Of a DNA stretch of 64,000 nucleotides, positions 55,377 through 64,000 are shown piece after piece. The DNA lies in assembly GCA_051294375.1 (NCBI GenBank), contig CM119270.1, forward strand, positions 11,342,141 through 11,406,140, written 5' to 3'. A program made the position numbers and the translations under genes. The number at the start of each line of letters is the position of its first letter. The stretch's first letter is position 1. A model generated the notes under the pieces. The model ran no database searches, was not told the DNA's origin, and saw only the letters and a program-made list of their open reading frames with translations. The DNA is from Paraspadella gotoi. Lineage: Eukaryota > Animalia > Chaetognatha.

Positions 55377-57223
55377 NNNNNNNNNNNNNNNNNNNNNNNN
55401 NNNNNNNNNNNNNNNNNNNNNNNNNNNNNNNNNNNNNNNNNNNNNNNNNNNNNNNNNNNNNNNNNNNNNNNNNNNNNNNNNNNNNNNNNNNNNNNNNNNN
55501 NNNNNNNNNNNNNNNNNNNNNNNNNNNNNNNNNNNNNNNNNNNNNNNNNNNNNNNNNNNNNNNNNNNNNNNNNNNNNNNNNNNNNNNNGCTCCTCTCTCT
55601 CTCTTCTCTCTCCTTCTTCTCTCTCTCTCTCTCCTCTCTCTACCATCGCGCTCCTCAGATAACCTTCACGAAGGAGCGGTCACATATTTTTTCTCTTGGC
55701 GTAGGGTTTTCACCTTTGACCCTTTGACCCTTCACCGCGTTTCGATGCCTTTTTATTTTTTTTTTGCTTCGGCGGGAAAAATCCAGGAGGAAAGCAGATA
55801 AACTTCAACGCGAAACGGCGATTCACAAATTCAACTGCCAGTTGTAATGGAAAAAAAGAAATCTCTGGACCCTTGCGACGACCTCACCAAGCTTGACCAC
55901 TCGGAGCTTTCCACCGACGGCGTACAACAGTCGCTCCTGTACATCGCGGCGTTAACAAAAATCTTCTCCCGTCTTTTTTTTCTGAAGGCGTAATGAAAGC
56001 GCTCGCGCCCGTCACCCTAATCCGCATATACGGGGAACTTGATTCTGGAGAATCTCACCCCTTTCTCTCATTGAAAGAGAGAGAGACCTCGCACAGGATC
56101 CCTTTTTCTCTTTTGGCGATCATCTCTCTTTGAGAGAGAGAGAGTAAATAAATTCAAGATGGAGACGGTTTAACTGAAATCGTGTTTTTTCAAAGAGATA
56201 ACTCCTAGACTTTTTCACTTTGGGAGGGAACCGCTGTTTGTCAAGTCGAGATTTTGCAATTCTTCCCCACTACTACGCATCTCATTGTATTAAAAAGTGT
56301 TTCGCCGACTTTTCTCAAATTTCACAGATCGTTAAGTTAAATTTTTTTTTTTTAAATATGTATTAGAAAGTTGTATTAATCAATGCCAATTATCTTAGTT
56401 CTGAGACCCTTGTGTTACTCAGTAATAACGGTACAATAATGGCACAAAGAAAACGTGAAAGCTTCAATTTTCTCCATCAATCAAAATAGAGAAAAATTGA
56501 AAATTGTGATCCGCCCTGGAATCGAACTCTTTGTCCGCGAACCATAAAGCCCGACGAAACTCGCTCCATAAACTCGTCCGCGTCTCGCGATCTATTTTGC
56601 TTCGCTGCACCATAAAATATTTCCGATCGATCCATTCCGGCAAACATCGTCCCGCCATGATGACGTTCCATTGTCTCCGGGAGATTGCGTCTGCCCCCGG
56701 GGATGACCGCATATGCGCTCAGCCTCGGCGAGAGTTCCCCTCCCTCCATCTCGAACGTGTGACGCGTGCCCAAACGGGTCTCAGTTGTCGCCCCGCTCGC
56801 GGCTCCCCGTTTGCTGCGCCCGGCTCGCGGGTCTCAATAGCGGCGCCCAGCCCGCGACGCACGGCCCGCGGTTCTCACTAGCGGCGCCCGGCTTGCGGTG
56901 GCCTCTCGCATCACTCGCTCGTAGCGCTCGTTTGCGGTGCCGCCGGAAACGTCACCATTGCCACCACCGCTGAAGTCTTGATTAAGACGAGAAAGAGTGG
57001 ATGGAGGGTGGATGGTCTACTTCTGGCTGTTAAGTTCAATAGGAAGTGGTTGTATGTTGCAACATTACTATGTTTATTAGTATATGTTTTTTATTTTTAT
57101 AAATGAAACATTTTCAGTATATAACCACAACAAATACGTATTACTAAGGGGGCGCTTTTTAAAAAGGTCAGCTAGCATTTCATTCCAATTAAACCTTAGA
57201 ACCGTCTCCCGTTCTCTTTCCGC

Positions 57224-57270
57224 CCCAGTGCCAACCCATTGCCGTCCCAGTGCCAACCGATTGCCGTCCC
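57224..57270. repeat. 22-bp tandem repeat (CCCAGTGCCAACCCATTGCCGT) running into an N gap
   Basis: Two copies plus the start of a third directly before the gap at 57271. Confidence 0.7.
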
Positions 57271-58812
57271 NNNNNNNNNNNNNNNNNNNNNNNNNNNNNN
57301 NNNNNNNNNNNNNNNNNNNNNNNNNNNNNNNNNNNNNNNNNNNNNNNNNNNNNNNNNNNNNNNNNNNNNNNNNNNNNNNNNNNNNNNNNNNNNNNNNNNN
57401 NNNNNNNNNNNNNNNNNNNNNNNNNNNNNNNNNNNNNNNNNNNNNNNNNNNNNNNNNNNNNNNNNNNNNNNNNNNNNNNNNNNNNNNNNNNNNNNNNNNN
57501 NNNNNNNNNNNNNNNNNNNNNNNNNNNNNNNNNNNNNNNNNNNNNNNNNNNNGAGAAATAATAGTTTAAAACGAAGCTACAGAAGATAAAGGTGACAATA
57601 AAAAGCGAGAAACTAACTATTTTAAAACATTGAATATTTTATTACTTTTCATTTTTGTGAAACAAAAATAAAATTGTTTTGATTTATAAGATATTTTTTC
57701 AAGTACCAAAATGCTATTAGTGCCGCAGTAACAGTTCAGNNNNNNNNNNNNNNNNNNNNNNNNNNNNNNNNNNNNNNNNNNNNNNNNNNNNNNNNNNNNN
57801 NNNNNNNNNNNNNNNNNNNNNNNNNNNNNNNNNNNNNNNNNNNNNNNNNNNNNNNNNNNNNNNNNNNNNNNNNNNNNNNNNNNNNNNNNNNNNNNNNNNN
57901 NNNNNNATATTCCTGTCTGTTAATGTAAGTTTTCATTTTGTATCTATTTATCGTTTTCCCTTCGATTCTATTCCCTTTCTATTTTCACTATTTTTTTCCT
58001 CTCAACTCACATCTCTCACTTTAGCATTTCATTTCATTTTTACTTCCTCCCTCTCTCCTCTTCCTCTCTATCTCCCCCCTTAAAATTTTCGCTTCCCTTT
58101 CTCTTCCCCTTCAAAAAATAAACAAGGAGCGGAGGCAGCGCTCGGCTGGCGCTCGGCTGGCGCTGGCAAGGGACACAGAGGGAGCGAGGGTGATAATCAT
58201 TTTCCGCAGACCAAAACAGAAAACACCAACAATAACAACGACGACGACGCCAATAACGAAGTCCGCGACAGAAACGACGCCAATAACGAGTAAGACAAAA
58301 CGAGAACGCTAATAAGAGAAACGGCTGGAAAACGCCGATAACGAAACGGTTCGACGGTAAAATAAAACCCCAGGAAACGATCCAACAATGAAACGGATAA
58401 TGGAATTATTCAAAGCACGGGACGTATTATTTTATGCTTTTTTTAAGGCAACTCTTCTTTTTAAGTCAAATTAATTTAATTACTAAACACTACTTAGCTT
58501 TAAGAAGACAGGGCTCGAACGCGTGTTCCATCGAGTCACAAACTTCGCTCTTTCCTCCTCGCTTTTTTTTTTCGGTTGCCACAATTTGTGCTCGACAACG
58601 AATTATAATTGTTTTCTTCTTCTCTTTCCTTTTTCTACTTTTTTCGCCCTTTATTTCTTTCCTTTTTTTCTTTTTTTCCGTTTTTTTTTCCCTTCACGCG
58701 GTGCTATGAATATTCTACGATAATTGCCGGCGATTATATGCCGAGAGAAGAAAGGGAGAGGAAAGGGGGGAGTCAGGGGAGGGGATTTTCTTGGCTTATC
58801 GAGGGTAAACAG

Positions 58813-60151
58813 AAACAATTTTTGGTTTTTATCTTTCCTTTCGGTTTTAAATAAAAAAACTCGTGGTTTTTCATTTTTAGCTCTCTTTATATTTTTTCTC
58901 CCCGAATGTCTCTTCTTTAGTTTTTTACAAAGTTTGTTCCTAAAATATTTTTATTTTTTTTAAATCTCGTTTTTTTCTTGTCCAGAATTTTAATTTTTTT
59001 TGTGGAAATGCTATTTGCAAAAGCTATCACGTAATTGCAATTAACTAGGTTTAATTATTTAAAATGTGTTATAAATAGTTTCTGTTCGAGTGAACTGTGA
59101 AGAATAACTACGAATAAAAATTGTTTAAAAAATACGAAATGATAATTGGTGTATATTCAAACCTTAAATACTCAATTTACAATGTCACAAAGCACATCCT
59201 TTTCACCAAAGCAACTCCCTTTAGAGCGTTCACCTATCCATCTTTCCCCAATTAAATTGGCGGTGAGGAGAGAAGCTTTTCAATTCACGGGTGATAAACT
59301 TGTTACGTGATTTCTGCTGCTTAGCGACGCTTAGCAACGACGAGTTTCCCTCGCAACGCCGGTTTTATTCATCGTTTCTCCCTTTCTATTTCTCTCTCTC
59401 TCTCNNNNNNNNNNNNNNNNNNNNNNNNNNNNNNNNNNNNNNNNNNNNNNNNNNNNNNNNNNNNNNNNNNNNNNNNNNNNNNNNNNNNNNNNNNNNNNNN
59501 NNNNNNNNNNNNNNNNNNNNNNNNNCCGACTCTCCCTCCACCGCCAAAGCCACGTTCTCTATCGGCGCCATATTTCTTCCCATTAATCCTTTCACTTTTT
59601 ATTGCTCTTTTTTCACGTTTTGTTCGATAAATTCGAAAGGGGAAAAAGATGACTTTTTTTTCAAACGAAATCAACTAAAATCGTGAATTTGGAGCCAATA
59701 CGTCAAACGTTAATTCAGTTTATGGAAAGAATTTTCAAAAATATATTGCGTTTTTTAAAACGTTTAGAGAATTTTAACTCGTGAGTGAGAGTAGGCACTG
59801 GGATAAATTTCGTCGTGTGTTCAATTTGACGTAGAAAAGGATACAAAGAGAGAGAGAAAGAGAGAGAAAGAGTGAGAGAGAGAGAGAGANNNNNNNNNNN
59901 NNNNNNNNNNNNNNNNNNNNNNNNNNNNNNNNNNNNNNNNNNNNNNNNNNNNNNNNNNNNNNNNNNNNNNNNNNNNNNNNNNNNNNNNNNNNNNNNNNNN
60001 NNNNNNNNNNNNNNNNNNNNNNNNNNNNNNNNNNNNNNNNNNNNNNNNNNNNNNNNNNNNNNNNNNNNNNNNNNNNNNNNNNNNNNNNNNNNNNNNNNNN
60101 NNNNNNNNNNNNNNNNNNNNNNNNNNNNNNNNNNNNNNNNNNNNNNNNNNN

Positions 60152-60187
<36 letters not shown>

Positions 60188-63100
60188 TCCTTTTACAATC
60201 CCATTTGGGATTACTTTTTTAGGAATCCTCGAAAAACTTCCAGTTTTTTTTGTGTTTTTTTTTCCAATCGTTAAACTTAAAAACTCAAAACTAGCAGACT
60301 AACCAATACAATTTCGCCTTTTTTCACAATCTACTGAATTACTTATTCCATTGTATAATAATCTTGACTAAAAATAATTCAAACAGATTAAAGCAGTTTC
60401 TCCGCGAAAAGAAACGATCCGCTCATTCGTTATTTGTTCCTTTTTTTCGGATTTGTTTTCAAACCGAAAACGCACCTGGTGCCGATGGATGAAGTCCGAT
60501 CCAGACAAATGACTAACAAATGATTTTGAGGTGAACTCAAAAGCGAAGTCAAACAAAGCAAAAATGTGGCTCTAAATTAAATGCATTCACTTTAATTTAC
60601 TGTGGCCACTTACCATTAAACATTAACTCCCTCATTAAATGTCCATTGTTAATAATACAAATCATTTCAGCATTGAAATATAACAACGAATGGAAAACGC
60701 GTTTCGCCCAAGAATCCGCTTGACTCAGGTGGCGTCGGCATCGTCCTCGCGGTCATCATCGTCGCCGTCGTCGCCGTCCTTTTCGCTCCCGTCGTCAGGT
60801 GGCGTTTGCGTCGTCAATTTCTCGGAAATTCTCGCCAACAAATGGTCCGACATCGACTGCCCGTTCCCCCTACCGATGTTTTCCCCCCCAAGGGTTTTAG
60901 CGTTACATCTCATGGGAGAGAAAGGGTTAGGGTAAGGGTAAGGTCCGACGTTCTCCTACGAACTCCTATCACATTCACTCCAAGGAGCAAATGTCAAGTT
61001 AAGGGTCCGGGCTACTTTCACCACATTTGCATTGACGAATTTCGTGAAACAAACTGGGATTTGAGATCGCCGACCCTGTAACCTTCGAGTACCTATTTCT
61101 CCCCTCGCCCCTGGTTCTAACTATAGTAGTCGTCACTTTGAGNNNNNNNNNNNNNNNNNNNNNNNNNNNNNNNNNNNNNNNNNNNNNNNNNNNNNNNNNN
61201 NNNNNNNNNNNNNNNNNNNNNNNNNNNNNNNNNNNNNNNNNNNNNNNNNNNNNNNNNNNNNNNNNNNNNNNNNNNNNNNNNNNNNNNNNNNNNNNNNNNN
61301 NNNNNNNNNNNNNNNNNNNNNNNNNNNNNNNNNNNNNNNNNNNNNNNNNNNNNNNNNNNNNNNNNNNNNNNNNNNNNNNNNNNNNNNCCCCCCCCCGGCC
61401 ACTCTCTTCCACCCTTTCCTCATGGAAACCTCACTTTCGGGCTCCACTTAAACTTTCAGGGTCCAAACATGATTTGAATTGGTAACCGAGAAGGAGAGAA
61501 AGGAAAGAGAAGAAAANNNNNNNNNNNNNNNNNNNNNNNNNNNNNNNNNNNNNNNNNNNNNNNNNNNNNNNNNNNNNNNNNNNNNNNNNNNNNNNNNNNN
61601 NNNNNNNNNNNNNNNNNNNNNNNNNNNNNNNNNNNNNNNNNNNNNNNNNNNNNNNNNNNNNNNNNNNNNNNNNNNNNNNNNNNNNNNNNNNNNNNNNNNN
61701 NNNNNNCGCTTTCTATTCCCCTGTTTCGCTACAGTTCGCTTGTACACGCGGAAGCAACTGTCTTTAGTTCGTTTGTCGGAAACGTTGCACATGAATTTTT
61801 TTCTGAAATAAAAAAGACAATTTGACAATTAANNNNNNNNNNNNNNNNNNNNNNNNNAAACAATTTTTTGGTTTTTTTAATCTTTCCTTTCGGTTTTTAA
61901 TTAAAAAACTCGTGGTTTTTCATTTTTAGCTCTCTTTATATTTTTTCGCCCCGAATGTTCTCTTCTTTGGTTTTTTACAAAGTTTGTTTCCTAAAATATT
62001 TTTATTTTTTTTTAAATCTCGTTTTCTTGTCCAGAATTTTAAATTTTTTGTTAAGGCCAATGCTTATTTGCAAAAGCTGTCGCGTAATTGCAATTAACTA
62101 GGTTTAATTATTTAAAATGTGTTTATAAAATAGTTTCTGTTCGATGAACCTGTGAAGAATAACTACCGAATAAAAATTGTTTTAAAAAATACGAAATGGA
62201 TATTGGTGTATATTCAAACCTTTAAATACTCAATTTACCAATGTCACAAAGCACATCCTTTTCACCAAACAATCCCTTTTAGAGCGTTCACCATCCATCT
62301 CCCAATTAAATTGGCGGTGAGGAGAGAAGCTTTTCAATTCACGGGGTGAATAAAACTTGTTACGTGATTTCTGCACTGCTTAGCACGCTAGCAACGACGA
62401 GTCCTCGCACCGCCGGTTTTATTCATCGTTGCTCCCTTTCTATTTCTCTCTCTCTCTCTCTCTTCTCTCTTCGTTCTTTCTCTCTCCTCTCTCTCTCTCT
62501 TCTCTCTCTACTCTCCCGACTCTCCCTCCACCGCCAAAGCCACGTTTCTATCGGCGCATATTTCTTCCCATTATCCTTTCACTTTTATTGCTTCTTTTTC
62601 ACGTTTTGTTCGATAAATTTCGGAATAGGGGGAAAAAAGATGACTTTTTTTTTCAAACGAAAAATCAACTAAAATTAGTGAATTGGAGCGAATACGTTCA
62701 AACGTTATTCAGTAGTATGGAAGAATATTTTCAAATAATATATTGCGTTTTTTTAAAACGTTTAGAGAATTTTAGCTCGTTGAGTGAGAGTAAAAGGCAC
62801 TGGGATAAATTTCGTCGTGTGTTCAATTTGACGTAGAAAAAGGACTTACAAAGAGAGAGAGAGGAAAGAGAGAGAAGATGTGAGAGAGAAGAGAGGAGAG
62901 AGAGAGAGAGAGAGAGATGAGAGATAGAGAGAGATAGGAGAAGATGGGAAGGAGGAATGAAGCTTCCAAAATCTTTTTTCCATTTCCTTCCATTTCTCTT
63001 TGGAGTCAATAGCGCCAATTTACATTTACGAGGAAACTCGATCTCTTCACTCCAGTGAGAAGAGAGAGAGACGAGAGAGGAGATGAGGACGAGAGAGTGA

Positions 63101-64000
63101 GAAGAGGATCGAGAGAGAGAGAGAAGGAGAGAGAGAGAAAGGAGAGGAGAGAGACTATAGAGATCGGAGAGAGAGAGAGAGAGAGAGCTTTCCTTTACAA
63201 ATCCCATCTTGGGGATTACTTTTTTAGTAATCCTCGAAAAACTATCCAGTTTTTTTGTTTTTTTTTTCCAATCGTTAAAACTTTAAAAACTCAAAACTAG
63301 CAGACTTCAACCAATTACAATTTCGCCTTTTTTTCATCATCTACTTGAATTACTTATTCCATTGTTATAATAAACTCTTGCACCCAAATAATTCAAACAG
63401 ATTAAAGCAGTTTCTCCGCGGAAAAGAAATAACGATCCGCTCATCGTTCTTTGTCCTTTTTTTCGGAATTTGTTTTCAAACCGAAAACGCACCTGGTGTC
63501 GCATGGATGAAGTCCGAATCCAGACAAATGGACTAACAAATGATTTTGAGGTGAACTCAAAGCGAAGTCAAGCAAACAAAAATGGTGCTCAAATTAAATG
63601 CATTCACTTTAATTTACTGTTGGCCACTTACCATTAAACATTAAACTCCCTCATTAAAATGGTCCATTGTAATAATACAAATATCTCAGCATTGAAATAT
63701 AACAACGAATGGGAAAACCGCGTTTTGCCCAAGAATCCGCTTTTTCTCAGGTGGCGTCCGTCATCGTCCTCGCGGTCATCATCGTCGCCGTCGTCGCCGT
63801 CCTTTCGCTCCCGTCGTCAGGTGGCGTTTTGCCCGTTCGTCAAATTTTCGGAATTTCTCGCCAGACAAATGGTCCGACTTCGCTGCCGTTTCCCCCTACC
63901 GATGTTTTCCCCCCAAGGGTTTTAGCGTTTACATCTCATGGGAGAGAAAGTTGTAGGGTAAGGGTAAGGTCCGACGTTCTCCTACGAACTCCCTAATCAC
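58813..64000. repeat. ~2.2-kb duplication (58813-60972 vs 61858-64000), probably an assembly artefact
   Basis: The copies are colinear. Copy 2 starts after an N gap, carries many 1-bp insertions, and contains sequence where copy 1 has N gaps. Confidence 0.85.

Noticed and set aside
59790-59815. Resemblance of GGCACTGGGATAAATT to miR-263/miR-96-family mature sequences
   Set aside because: The 5' seed region does not match and no precursor hairpin is evident.

Overview
Eukaryotic (most likely invertebrate metazoan) draft-assembly DNA, not prokaryotic. It is dominated by (GA/CT)n, (GAC/GTC)n, (GGC)n and (GAT)n microsatellites and purine/pyrimidine-skewed tracts, and has many N gaps. Almost all listed ORFs are low-complexity or N-spanning artefacts. 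The one credible coding piece is a probable first exon (2240-3383, +). It encodes a long low-complexity N-terminus ending in a signal-peptide/anchor-like hydrophobic segment, followed by a canonical phase-1 GTGAGT donor. I could not identify a second coding exon, so the remaining ~60 kb may be one giant intron. Within it I see: a structurally complete Helentron-associated (HINE/DINE-1-like) element, a 30-bp-TIR MITE, a ~490-bp fold-back element, a hairpin-dense ~290-bp insert flanked by a possible target-site duplication, several minisatellites (two rich in YY1/Pho-type GCCAT motifs), and a strong candidate recursive-splice 'ratchet' site (CAG|GTAAG at 54786/54787). Two kb-scale near-tandem duplications look like noisy long-read gap-filling artefacts. 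No gene symbol can be assigned, and no rRNA, intact tRNA or CRISPR array was seen.
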